Of a stretch of DNA of 64,000 bases, positions 24,725 through 37,135 are shown piece by piece. A program made the translations under genes and the position numbers. Source of the stretch: Podarcis liolepis (Eukaryota). The stretch lies in assembly GCA_965112155.1 (NCBI GenBank), contig OZ218101.1. One strand, 5' to 3'. Positions within the stretch are counted from its first letter, which is position 1, and each line of letters opens with the position of its first letter. The notes below the pieces were generated by a model. That model had not been told where the DNA came from. It was given only the letters and a program-made list of their open reading frames with translations, and did not search any database.

Positions 24725-25755
24725 CCCTATACTGTGCAGCTCTTTATTTAGCATGTGTATTGGTACAAACATATGTATGCATGCAAAAATCCTGAATCAT
24801 TATGTCATTACACAAACACACACACACACAGAGAGAGAGAGAGAAGAAAACAACAATAAAAACATAAAAAGACGGGCTTATAAACCACATCTGTGGAAAT
24901 TGAAAGGAAAAACACCATTTTGAAACACATTAAATAGTCTTTCTTTGCAAACAGTAAATGTAAGCATACCTTATTTTTATAATTTTGGTCCTGTAGTATT
25001 AATAGTGTTCCATGTGCCCCAGAGACACAGTTTGATGTTATATAAAAAACCCCACACACAATTTAACAGAGCATTGTATATCTTAGAGAATTTAGCCCCC
25101 ACTACTGGCAGACGTAGTGCTACAAAGCAGGCTTAACAGAATGGCTACAAAAGACAGGAGCTTTTTCTCTGTTAAACACAGTGAAAGGAGCATGATTGGC
25201 TTCAAATCAGCAGCATTTTCAAATGTTACATTTTTCAGCACAAACTGGTACTTCGGAAGATTGTATTTCATGGCATAGTTAGAATATTTCACATAGTGAA
25301 AAAAGAATATATAGTTAGCAATTATCCAACAGTATCTTTCTTCTTTCCACAAGTGTGAATCTGATTGACTTCCTTTGTTATGTGTAATAATGTTTTTAAG
25401 AAGCTTAGAAGTAGGGGAAAACATCAAAGGAGGTATATTGCTGTGAGGGTCACATAGCAACTTTCCTTCAAAAAATGGTATATACATTGGCACAAAGAAA
25501 TGGCACAGTAGCCGGCAAGGATAAATTAATAGCTGCAGCGCTCATTATTCATTTGAAGTTTCTGCTTATGTTGTAAGGTGCTAATACCATACGCTTAACA
25601 AGGCCAATGTAATCTCTTTCTAATTCAACAAAGAAGAAATGAGAAGTAGGTTGCAGGAACAGAGATAACAGTCCAGTGCTCACTTACTGCCCATTCAGTC
25701 TTCCCAGGTGTGTCTTCCCAGAGCCTATCTTGGCACCAATGAGGTCTGTGTGGGT

Positions 25756-25892
25756 CAGGCATCCCCAAATTTAGCCCTCCAGCTGTTTTGAGACTACATT
25801 TCCCATCATCCCTGACCACTGGGTTCTGTTAGCTAGGGATGGTGGGAGTTGTAGTCCCAAAACAGCTGGAGGGCCGAGTTTGGGGATGCCTG
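25756..25892. mobile_element. Palindromic hAT MITE (~137 bp)
   Basis: TIR CAGGCATCCCCAAA/TTTGGGGATGCCTG, almost fully self-complementary; TSD GTGTGGGT/GTGTAGAT. Confidence 0.9.
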
Positions 25893-26117
25893 GTGTAGAT
25901 CAAAACACTTAATGCAATTTCTACAACTAATCTCCCTTTAATCTTGGTTCTCAGCTTCAACTACCCATCTGCTAAATTGGAACAGTTTACCTTCACAAAG
26001 TTGTTGCCCTCCCGATATTGTTGGATGCCAACTCCCATCAGTGCCATCCAGCAAAACCAATGATTAGGAATAATGGGTGCTGTAGTCCAGCAACATCCTG
26101 CAGCTTCCCCAATCCCT

Positions 26118-26785
26118 ATCACAGAAGGAACCTGAAGGATCTTCTAACCCAACACCCTGCAATGCATGAATCTCAGCTAAAGCATCCATGACAGATGGCC
26201 AACCAACCACTGCTTAAAAACCTCCCATGAAGGAGAGTCCACCACCTTCCAAGGGGGCCTGTTCCACTGTTGAATAGCTCTTACCATCAGAAAGTTCTTC
26301 CTGATGCTTAGTCAGAATCTCCTTTCTTGTAACTCGAAGCTTTTGGTTTGAGTCCTACTGTCCAGAGCAGGAGAAAACAAGCTTGCTCTATCTTCCTTGT
26401 GAAAGCCCTTCATATATTTGAAGATGGCTATCATATCTCCTCTCAGTCTTCTCTTTTCCAGGCTAAACATACCCAGCTCCTTCAACCATTCCTCATCAGG
26501 CTTGGTTTCTACACCCTTGATCATCTTGGTTGCCCTCCTATGTACATGTTCCAGCTTGCCAACATCCTTCTTAAATTGTGGTGCCTAGAACTGGACACAG
26601 TATTCCAGGTGTGGTCTGATCAAGGCAGAACAGAGTGGTACTGTTACTTCCCTTGATTTGGACACTGTACTTCTGTTGATGCAGCCTAGAACAGCATTAG
26701 CTTTTTTTGCTGCTGCATCACACTGTTGACTCATGTTAAGTTTGTGGTCCACTAAGACCCCTAGATCCTTTTCACATGTACAACT
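26118..26785 (-). mobile_element. CR1 LINE, 5'-truncated (ORF2 C-terminus plus 3' UTR)
   Basis: ORF 26312..26524 gives LKELGMFSLEKRRLRGDMIAIFKYMKG, the canonical CR1 ORF2 C-terminal motif, followed by CR1 3' UTR sequence. Confidence 0.93.
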
Positions 26786-28701
26786 AGTCCCTCTGTCTTA
26801 AAGGAATATCAAATGGATGCATAAATCAGCATGTTTCCCCATTCTCTTATATGAGGGGAATACTTGGCATCCAGAGTAGGATTGCTCCTGTGTATAGACA
26901 TTTTTTTCTCTTCATAAGAATGGAGACAGAAGCCACAACCGTGCCTTAGTGCTATATACACACGACAACTGCTTAAGAAACACAGCTACAACAGACACAT
27001 GGAAGTGTAGTTAATGTTAATGTCACAGTACCATGGCTTTAAAAGTTGTTTAGGGGGTGGGTAGGAGAAATAAATAAACATCTCCAGAAATGGCACTTAA
27101 AAGCTGTTGTGTTAGAGCTTTAAATAGACTGAAAAACTAGATGAAGCTTTACTGCATCTTTAACCATGACTTCACAATTGGCATTTTAAAAATACTTAAG
27201 AGCTGTAAAATCAGTTCACACTAAAAGAGAGTAATGAAAGCATGGGATTAATGATCTTTTAAAAGAAATGATCCATTCATTTGATCTGTCTTTTGCTTTC
27301 TGCTTTAAAATTAGGACAAACTAATCCAGTGCTGATATATAAGGAACGGGAAGGGGAATGCAAGGAAAGAGAAAGAGGCCTAATGAACGTTTTTGGGATA
27401 TCTACGTATTTTCTTTATTTAGGAATATGGTACAACGACTTACGCTTCTTAACCTCTCTGGCTGAAAGTAGCTTTAAGACCTAAACAAAAACCCATATTG
27501 TTTTCAATAGTAAAAATACCGCTATCCCAACAAACACTTCTAGCATCTATAAATTTCCAGCAGTTATAGCTCATAAAATCACACACAGACACTAGCCTTA
27601 TTGAGAGAGATAAGCATTATATTGCTTTCTGAGGGCTATTAAAACAAGGTGCATTTGTACCTTGATATTGCGGTTTGCTTGTCAAGCCTTGAGTAACTGA
27701 CAAAAAGCCCCTGCTCTGTTCTATTTTGTTGTCATTGTTTATTTTTATCCCACTTTTAAGACAAAGTTTGTCTCCCAAAATAGCTCATATAAATTAATTT
27801 AAAAACAAACAGACTTGAGACACAGATTTCAATCTCTGGCTTACACTACTTGAAAGTAGTGTCAACTGCTGCGAAGCCAGTAGTAGGTTTCAGACTCCCC
27901 ATCCTTATGAGTGCCATTCAGTACCATATTAAGCTTTCAGTTCACCATCAACAGTGGTCACAGTGCATTGCAAGACTCAGTCATCAACATTACAAAGACA
28001 TCAGTGGCTAGATCCTAGCTTCCAAGAAATGAGTGCAGCCACCCAGAGTAGCAGATAAGAAACATTCATATCCACGACAGCTTTCTGATTCCAAAGCATT
28101 AGGCTAGACCCAGAAATACTCACAGACAATGTCTTAAGAGAGTAATAAAAGTCTCACCAAAACCTGGTAAAGCCAGGTGCAGAATTTAATAGAATGGATA
28201 ATGGAGCTATATTCAAGTGATCTTTACCTTTTATTTTCTACATTAATAATTTATATTAAAAAGCTAAATTGACTGGGACAGGAGTGACTAAGCAATTTTA
28301 TGTGACTCTCAGCAACCTTACCAATTTTAATCAAGGCATAATACACATTCTACCTCCTGTTTCAGTAACGTTCCATTTTGATGGGCCTTGCTAGTATATG
28401 GGGTAACTGAACCACATGCCAGATGATGACAGGGGGCTCACTAAAGTGGAAATCTAGGGAGTTGTCTCTGCACCAGTTTCCCTCTGATTGTTCATTAACA
28501 CCAGGCAGTGAGTTCTGTGTGTGCACAAACCATTCAAAACAGTGGCCTTTGTCCAAGCAGACATGAGCAGGAACCTGACTGGTTCACTCAATTAATTCAG
28601 CTGCTTGCTGTCCCTTTCACAACTGAAGAATGGTTCTGAGTAGAGGATGCTTGGGAAAGGGTGGGCAATGACTGGACAGCTCATTGTTCACACATACAAT
28701 A

Positions 28702-28937
28702 CAGTGGTACCTCGGGTTACATGTGCTGCAGGTTACACTCGCTTCAGGTTACAGACTCCGCTAACCCAGAAATAGTGCTTCAGGTTAAGAACTTTGCTTC
28801 AGGATGAGAACAGAAATTGTGCTCCGGTGGCGCAGTGGCAGCAGGAGGCCCCATTAGCTAAAGTGGTGCTTCAGGTTAAGAACAGGTTAAGTACAGACCT
28901 CCGGAACGAATTAAGTACTTAAACTGAGGTACCACTG
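28702..28937. mobile_element. Tc1/mariner (Tigger/pogo-like) MITE, family A copy 3
   Basis: TIRs CAGTGGTACCTC/GAGGTACCACTG; left TA intact, right TSD mutated to CA. Confidence 0.92.
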
Positions 28938-28949
28938 CACTGGTACAGT

Positions 28950-29173
28950 TCAGCTATCAGTGATGATGGCTATATTCTACTACCAGTGTCAGAGGCAGTA
29001 AACCTCTGAATATCAGTTGCTGGAAAGCAAAAGCAAGAAGAGTGTTATTGTACTCAGGTCCTGCTTGCAGACTTCTCACTGGCATTTGGTTGGCCACTGT
29101 GAGAATAGGATGCTGGACAATATGGGTCTTTGGCCTGAACCAGTAGGGCTCTTCTCACGTTTTTATGTTCTTA
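28950..29173 (+). mobile_element. CR1-type LINE 3' UTR fragment
   Basis: ...GGTTGGCCACTGTGAGAATAGGATGCTGGAC...GGCCTGAACCAGTAGGGCTCTT...TTATGTTCTTA resembles the 3' end of squamate CR1 with a TTATGTTC tail. Confidence 0.7.
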
Positions 29174-32100
29174 AGTAAAACACTTGTTTCATTGATGTTG
29201 ATATTAAGTTAAGGCAGATATTCAACTTTCCCACTGAATTCAATGGGTTTTTAAAAGGTTAAACCGTGGCTGGATTGTTTCTACTGTATACTATATTAAA
29301 CCAATCCATCATCAGTCTCCAGGTCTGGAACCGACTGTGGCTTGAGTCTAATTTCTGGCCATTTTAACTGCCTATCACAGCATCCTTTAAGAATTACTTC
29401 TGCTAAGTGAAAGTAAGCTCTGTGTTTTGTAAGGCTTTTGTTTCAGAATCCAGCTGTGAAAAACTTTCCTAACAAATGATTTATAAATGATATTTTAAAA
29501 GTGTTATACTCATACGTGAGAATTATGCTGGAATAGTGTTCTCTCAGGAGCCATAAACAGATCAGAGTTCACTTTCTGCTACGAAAACAGAAATATGAAC
29601 CTCATAGGGATATTTAATCGCAATATGCTGTCTTGGAATTAAAAATCCATTTTGTCTCAAGTCTCACTGGAAAAACCAACATTGGCTTGTTCCTAAAAGT
29701 CAATTTAAACTTTTAGCACACAAACAAAAGAACATTGAAGCAGATGTTGTTCAGCTTTCAATTAAGCACCATCATATTCCTAAGAGAAACAAATGAATAC
29801 TTTTGCATTGTAACTGGAAGTCCATTGATTAAATTCATAATTACTAGTAAGCAGCAAGCGCTTAATTTTATCCTGAGTCTTGTTTACAGAGTCATTAAAT
29901 TAGGACTTCTACTAATATTACTCTTAATACACATTTGGGGCATGATCCAGTGAAAGCAAAGTACTTTTAATCCTGTTGATGTCAGTGAGACCCATTTAAG
30001 TATGTTTAGCTCTGTTTAGCTCTGTCTCTGAAATCAGTCGTCTCTAAGAGTGTGACTGGTTCACGTTCAAAGTCACAACGTCAAACAGAAATAGTTGCTA
30101 TGGTTTAGATTTTAAAATGTGTTTTTGAAGGAAACTCCATCAAGGTTTCAGAAACTTCAGATGAAACAGGCTGGGCAAACAGGAGCTGACAAGTTCAGGA
30201 ACTCCAGAAACGTGTGCGAGCTAGTTTGCCCAAAGTTTCAAAATCCTATAGATCAGCTGCATTGATAATGGCTATGAAATACGGAGGTCATATGTTCTAT
30301 TTGACAGAGGGCACACCTCAATTGAAGGGGCAGTGTTCTATTTAAAGGATAATATAATTAAAATACTGTCCTGTCCATGTCTGTCTTACATATAAAGAAC
30401 CACAAGTCTTGGGTGTCATATGCGTGACCACCCTACCGTGAAAACATAGATGTGTGGCTACTGCAAGGAAAGGTGGCTTATACATAACCAGAAAAAGAGC
30501 ACAAAAGAAGTCTTCATAATAGTTTCTTTGCAGCATGTCATTCTGGCTTGTAAGAGAGCTGTCAATTGTAAGAACTGGTTGAACTAGCTGGGACTGCTAG
30601 TGATAACCTTAATGGTCATGTTGGAGGAGCTCTGAGTACCTTTTTCCTTTTTGAAAACTACAAAATCTATTCAAACATTAGAATTTGTTTTTGGAATACA
30701 ACTCCCATCATTCACCAGCCATGGACCAGAACTCTAAAATGTTATTGAAGTTTCCTCTGTACAGATGCACAGCATTCACAGGGTGAAACTAGATGTGTAA
30801 GAGTCATTGGTGTGATTATTATTTTGTTAACTGCTGGGGTGAGGACTAGAATCATGGTGTGTGGATTATTTAACACTTTGCCCCAAGTGATGGTTCTACT
30901 TTGTCTCCTTGCTTTCTTACAAAGGCTACTGGTTTTTTGTTTTATTTTTCACAGAATTGCAAGGGCTAATGCAATTAATGATGTTCAAGAATATCAGTTA
31001 CAGGTAAGCAAATGGTTTTCACTTCAGTTGTCATAATTACACGCAGGTCTGGCTTACAGAACACAATGCATTCCATGGAAATCATTAGTTAGGCAAGCGT
31101 TTACATAACGAGTCCACCATTTCCATTATTTCCTATGTAAATATTTCTAATCCAGGGTTTTTCCAATTTCTCGCTCCAATCTTTCAGAGATTTCTTCCTG
31201 AAATGGCTGCCCAATCGGCAAAAGAAAGGAAAAGGGGAAAACTGATTTGCCTGATCTCTTAGTTGCCCCTCCCTGCATAGTTTCTGCCCCCAAATGGCTG
31301 CCTCCGATCAGCCAAGCAGAAACAAGCAAGGGAATAAGGAAGTGGGCAAAATCCCAATGTCTGGATATCTGAATCTGTGGTGTTGATTGTGAGGTATGGG
31401 CGTAATTCTTTATGCGCAGATAAGTAAATTTTTGCATAGCGAGCAGGCAGATAGCTGATCCTACGTGCATCGCAATAATGGTCTGCCACTTCTCTCTCAC
31501 ACATTCAGTGAGCCTCTTATGCCATCGCCTCTTAAAAATGTTAGCCATTTGAACAATCCTGAAATGTGTTGCCTATTTTTTCTTGATAAGCATCATTCTC
31601 TTCTTTTTATATGCATGAAGTTGTTTTTTTAAAAAAACACACACACATACAACAAAAACAAAACAGGCATATTAAGAGGAAATTAAAATAAGGATTCAGG
31701 CTGTAGATATTAATATTTCTTACTGGAGTAGGTGTCAGTTCTTGATATCAGGTATCACATTTAACTAAAGCTACATTTATTTGGCTGCCTTTTCTATTCC
31801 CCTCGCTGCAATTATTGTGATTTAGACTTGGGGATTCTTATTTGATACCAGATTTAGTTAGTTATCTTCTTACTGACCCACATTTTTCCAAAGTGCCTCT
31901 TGGTTGGCTGCCTAGAGAAATATCACAGCTGATTACTTCTGTGCTCGTTTTTAGTCATTAAAGTGCTGTATTTCCACTGGGAGATTGCAAGTGATAGCTC
32001 AATATTTCACTAGTAAAGTCTTAGTTGTTGTTTTTTTCCACATGAGGTTAAAATATCCCATAACTGTATCACCCAGAGAACTGAACAATATTATTATATA

Positions 32101-33649
32101 ATGTTTTCCTTTGTAAAGAATGAATCAAATCCAAAGGGAACTTCCTCCAAGGGAAGCAGTTTTCTCTGATGGAGGAGTGTTCCTTATCACAGGGGAAGGG
32201 AACATTTGGGACCTGTACTGTAATTACAGCTATATGGTTCATATGGGAACCCAATCAAATCTAAGGAGATGAGATGTTAATTTAAAGTGGGCATGATACT
32301 ATATCTATTCTTATTAGTGTTGTTATCTGGTTAGATAAATCCTAATTAATTGTATGGGTTAACAGATAGAATACACCTCCATAAATCTGTGTATAAGAAA
32401 AAAAAAGTTCTAAATAAAGTGTACTTTGGGTTATATTCAACAAAAGCAGTGTTTTCTGCTCATACAATGGGGCTTCCTCTTTCTCTCCTCCCTCCCTACA
32501 TACCCAGCCATCTGCTCTGGAGAATCCGCCTAACCTATGGAGCAGATTTTGAGGGTGTGGGTACTGCAGGAAGCTAGAGAGAAAGGGAAACTCGTGTCAC
32601 TTGTGCATAAGTCCATGGCATGAACAGAACCGCAGTGCTGGGCACCACCCTTTGTTTTATTTCTTCAGCATCGTTTTAAAGGCAGTCCCACCCATCTGAG
32701 AAAAAGAATGGGAATACCTTCTCCTTTATGGTGCTTTTAAAAATATTTGCATTAGAAATACAAATCTACTGATCGACTGATTTTAGAGGACATCTTTTTA
32801 GTCAATCAAATTACTTCTGTGGGTTTTTTTTTACCTATTAATCCGCCTGATTAATTAGAAATTGCACCCCTGCTTCACATAAGCCAAGAACCCCCCAAAA
32901 TTGCCATGGTTCTGCAGGGATATGACAGCTCTTTTCATAAATTTGTTATCATTTTTACTTATTTCCCACCATTTTCTGAGACAGGGACTCCACACAGCTT
33001 ACACAAATTGAAGCAACATCTCTTAAGTGTGTGCATGCCTTCTTCCCAGATCCACTGCATCTTCTGCACATACATGCACATTAGCTACCTGGCTACAATA
33101 GCTTGGCCTATGATACAAAAAGGAAGAAACGGTCCAGAGAAAGGATATATTATGTGCATCATCTGCTAATTAAAAGATAGGTATGTGAAATTGATCCACT
33201 CGTGGATGAAGGCTTTTAAGTTCCCCCTACAAGTAGCACCCCCCTAAAGTCTCCTTCCAGGTTGAGACTATGTGGAATGGTGCCTTGTCAGATATTAAAC
33301 CATATCATTAGATGAAGGGTTGTTGTTTTTTGTCTGTCCTCTATGTGAAAGTATGGGGTGGAGTAAGAAGTTGATTTTACCCCATAGTTCTCTTATTTTT
33401 AGTGAGGTGTTCAGGTGAAGTCTTAATCATTGCCTGCAAATCTGTCACTGCCTTATGCTACAAATATAGTCTAAACATATAGTAGCATCCATTTTTGTTA
33501 GGGACTGAAGACAGGAACTCAAAACCTGTGTATCTTCAGCGTCATTGAACCATATAGTCCACACATTCACATATTAGCGTGATACACCCATATGTGCTTT
33601 GAAGTGTGATTTTCAAAAGATGCAAAGAGGAAATCAAAGGCAATGTCCT

Positions 33650-34050
33650 CTTTTGCATGTGACACCAAGTCATACCATGGTTTAGCACAAATGAGCAAAT
33701 GCAAAAGCTTCTGGAGAGGAGATTACAGTTGTTTTGCTCCTCAACAGCTGCTTTGTTGCTGTGCTACTGTGCTGAGGGAAGCCATTATTTGGCTTAGCTA
33801 TGTTGTCTGAACCCAGGTCCATGATTTAGTACTCACTGAGTTGTAAACCACAGGACAAATGTTAGTTGCAGCTCATGGTTTACCTGCCGAAAGTTAAACA
33901 AAGAGTCCCAGTTTGAACATCATCCAAAGTCAAACCATGGCCTTGATCAGCACTGCAGCTGAACAACCAGGGAAGAGTAAAGCAGCCAAGATCATTTCTC
34001 TGAGTGCCTACACATGTGCTCATTCATGCTAATCATAGTCAGGATGGCTG
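33650..34050. mobile_element. Degenerate long palindromic DNA-transposon-like repeat
   Basis: Repeated AAACCATGG/CCATGGTTT motifs and mirrored GTCTGAAC/GTTTGAAC blocks; related pieces at ~9660..9900 and 57161..57370. Confidence 0.5.
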
Positions 34051-35178
34051 ATGAAATACTTGTAACATTGCAGTACAACAAAGTTGTCAAATATATGTTC
34101 TTCCCTGTCCTGTAAGCTAATCAACTGAATGCAAACTCTCTACCCTTTACTGATGCAGAGAAAAACATGAAACTTTAATAATGATGCCCTCTAAAAATTT
34201 AAAAGGTGATGAAAACACTGCTGTATATTTTTAAACAACCTTTTGTTTTTGGAGGTGACAGCCATTCAGCCATCAAAACACATCCAACTACATAATGAGA
34301 ACACCCGAGAGTTCCTGTTGAAATGCATTAAAATGGTTTATATTTTGTCCACTAAGTTTGATATCTCTACTGAAACCAACTGGGAAACACTTCAGAGGAT
34401 GAAGGCCTCATTTGACCATGTCTGAGTTACAGAGCATATAAAATTAAACATTATTATTTACTTGATTCGCGTGTGCAGCAACTGCAAAACAGCATGAAAC
34501 TGAAAAGCTTTATCTCTCACAGATGTGAAGGATCACTCCTGACAAGTACAGTAGCTACATACACAGTTGTACAAAATAAATTATACATCATTGAATGCAG
34601 AGTATGAAAACTAAACAGGGAATAATTTGGGGTGAACTTAGCTTTAGACTTTTAGTTTAAGATTAAACATGGGGAGCTTTACTCTGAATGCTAAGTAACT
34701 GCTTTATATTCTCCATAAAATATGGTAACCAAAACACATTATTCAAAGTGAAATGGGGTGGCCAAATAAAGCAGTAACATTCTATTCTAATACCCTTTTA
34801 ACAATACTGTTGATACTGCAACCAGAACTGGCCGTTTTGCAACTTTTCATCTGAGAATTTTGGTGCTCAGAGATACCAAAAGAGGGGGGGAGGGGTTAAC
34901 CAATGTAAATTGCTCTTGGTGGTGTTATTTGTTTGCTTAGGGAACATTTTGGGTACCTGAAGCAAAATGCTTTAGGGTAGGAATTTATATGGGGGAAATG
35001 CTGCAACATTGTGGTTTTGATTTGAAACATTCTTCATAGCTGCTTAAGGAGGGAGAGGGAGGGAGGGAGACAGGAGATCCATCACAGATCTCCAACCGCT
35101 TATTGTGCATCTAGTTTGGCCCTCAGTCTATAGTCAACTTTGCTACACTCTTCTTTTAGTTTCCTTTACTCCTTAGGC

Positions 35179-35314
35179 CAGGCATGGCCAAATGTGGCCC
35201 TCCAGTTGTTTTGGGACTATAATTCCCATTATCCCTGACCACTGGTCCTGTTAGCTAGGGATGAGGGGAGTTGTAGTCCCAAAACAGCTGGAGGGCCAGG
35301 TTTGGCCATGCCTG
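35179..35314. mobile_element. Palindromic hAT MITE (~136 bp)
   Basis: TIR CAGGCATGGCCAAA/TTTGGCCATGCCTG; TSD CCTTAGGC/CCTTAGGT; homologous to 25756..25892. Confidence 0.92.
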
Positions 35315-36321
35315 CCTTAGGTGATCAAAAACCTCGGGTGCTTTTCCATTTTAGTTTGAGTCAAACCAACAGCTTCCTCTCAAATAAGTTAGACTGCAAA
35401 CTATTTAGCTTCCTGAATAGCCCTTGCCACCAAACCCAAGTCAGCCAATCGGTGTCAGAGGCTTAAACACTATGAAGACAATATAGTATATAGACTTAAG
35501 CTTTCTATTTCACAGATTTGGATGGAAATTCCAATAGATCAACATGATGAGAAGGCTGACTTTCTTTAATAAATCTAACACCTGATCACTAAAAAAAAGA
35601 TATCAACCACATTTCTGTGACATAAAGACTAATGAGAACTATGAATATAATATGTGTGAGCATATTCTGATTCACTGACCAAAACAGACAGCTAAGCAAT
35701 ATGCTGCTATGGACACTGCATCTTGTGTTGCCCCAGAAGAATTCGTTCCTTCATGCTGCATTAAAATTAGATCCATCAAATTAAAAATAAATTTAATGAT
35801 GACATAAGTATGGATGACTTACACGCAGGCAACACATAATTCTTCAATGAATTAGCTGTACTGCTTAAGGAAGCAGAATATATAACACTGGGAGTAGGGT
35901 GAGATGAGAAGGATATTTGGCGCAATGTTTATTCTGATAAAGAAATATTGAAGCATAGTTTGTTAATGCTAAATAAAGAAAAGTAGGAAAGGGATGTAGT
36001 AAGAACAGGAAACTCTCCACTGATCCCTGCTGGGGAAGGCTAAATAAACCATACAGAAAAAGCAAAGCAGTCCCAATTTCCCCTCTGTTCTGTATTCTAT
36101 ACTGCTTCATACTGCAGGTTGGACAGTCATCTTTTTTTTAATTCTCCTCCTCTATGATCAAAGTTCAATGCAAGTAGTAAACTAGCACATCAGGGGAAAG
36201 AGGTTAGGGTTACTCTTTAGAATATATTTTAATATCCACCCTTTATATATATATGTATGGTGCTGCTACCAACTTTAATAAACAGAATAACATAGCATTA
36301 GTAACACAAAATTTGCAATGA

Positions 36322-36410
36322 AGGTTGTGATCCTAATCATGTTGACTCGTAGTAAGTCTTACTGAATTCAATGGGCCTCCACCCAGGTAAGTGTGGCTAT
36401 GATCAGCTTA
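36322..36410. mobile_element. Short (~90 bp) hairpin MITE-like repeat
   Basis: Core ACTGAATTCAA with flanking ATCCTA...GAT arms; similar copies at 36725..36813 and 62475..62550. Confidence 0.55.
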
Positions 36411-36724
36411 CGCTATTGTTGCATCCTAAACAACTGCTGCTTAAAAGTATATTGTGACTCGAAATTAATGGCCTGGGGATGACAGATTAGCTGGCACATG
36501 CCTTGGAGGAAAGGGTAAGAAGCCAGGCATCACTAATTTAAATGTATTTTCTTTTATTGTCAGAAGTAAGTGATGCTTTAAAAGCTATTGTCAAATAAAG
36601 ACCCACAAAACAAGAAGGAAATGAATGTTGATTAGCTGTACTGCAGTATCTTTTTTACTTGTGTGAACAAGTAATTTTATTATTGTTAATTATTTTAACA
36701 TATACAAATTGAGGAATCATTAAG

Positions 36725-36813
36725 TCTACAATCCTAATCCCGTTTACCTAGGAACAAACCCCACTGAATTCAACAGGATTTAGTTCTGAGTAGATAAAGT
36801 TAGGGTTATGCTG
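36725..36813. mobile_element. Short (~90 bp) hairpin MITE-like repeat
   Basis: CAATCCTAATCC...CCCACTGAATTCAACAGGA...TAGGGTT; same family as 36322..36410. Confidence 0.55.
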
Positions 36814-36984
36814 TAAATCATATCAGTTTACAATAATCCCCCAGAGTATAAACATGAAGTTAAATACCTCAAAGTGGTGTTAATATCTGCCCTCTAGATG
36901 AGAGCCTATGGGAAACCATTTGCAACAAATACACATACAGATAAGAAAATCTTGAAGTAAAAATATGTTATAGGTGAGCCCTAC

Positions 36985-37135
36985 CTTGATATATTGCTTG
37001 GTTGTGGAAACTTCTGGATCCTCGGACTCTATCCATATTTTAGCTAAATTTTGTTCTGCCTCAGTTAACCAGTGGTTAAAGTTTTTCATATCGTGATGGA
37101 AATTCCTCCATTTCTCCACTGATCTATCAAATCTT
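36985..37135 (-). CDS. DMD: Dystrophin internal coding exon, orthologue of human DMD exon 44 (start of spectrin-like repeat R17)
   Basis: Translation RFDRSVEKWRNFHHDMKNFNHWLTEAEQNLAKIWIESEDPEVSTTKQYIK closely matches human exon 44 as recalled (RFDRSVEKWRRFHYDIKIFNQWLTEAEQFLRK...YLK). Acceptor TTTTTATTTCCTTCTACAG|A at 37136/37135 and donor AAG|GTAGGG at 36985/36984. Length 151 nt = 1 nt + 50 codons, the same phases as human exon 44. Confidence 0.96.

Larger units (their letters stand above)
1..36984 (-). other. DMD: DMD intron 44 (partial; continues beyond window start)
   Basis: Lies downstream of the exon 44 donor on the minus strand; no exon 45-like peptide (ELQDGIGQ...) recognised in the window. 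Confidence 0.88.

Noticed and set aside
36985-37135. Utrophin rather than dystrophin
   Set aside because: RFDRSVEKWR and WLTEAEQ match dystrophin better than utrophin as recalled, and a Dp140-like exon lies in the following intron.
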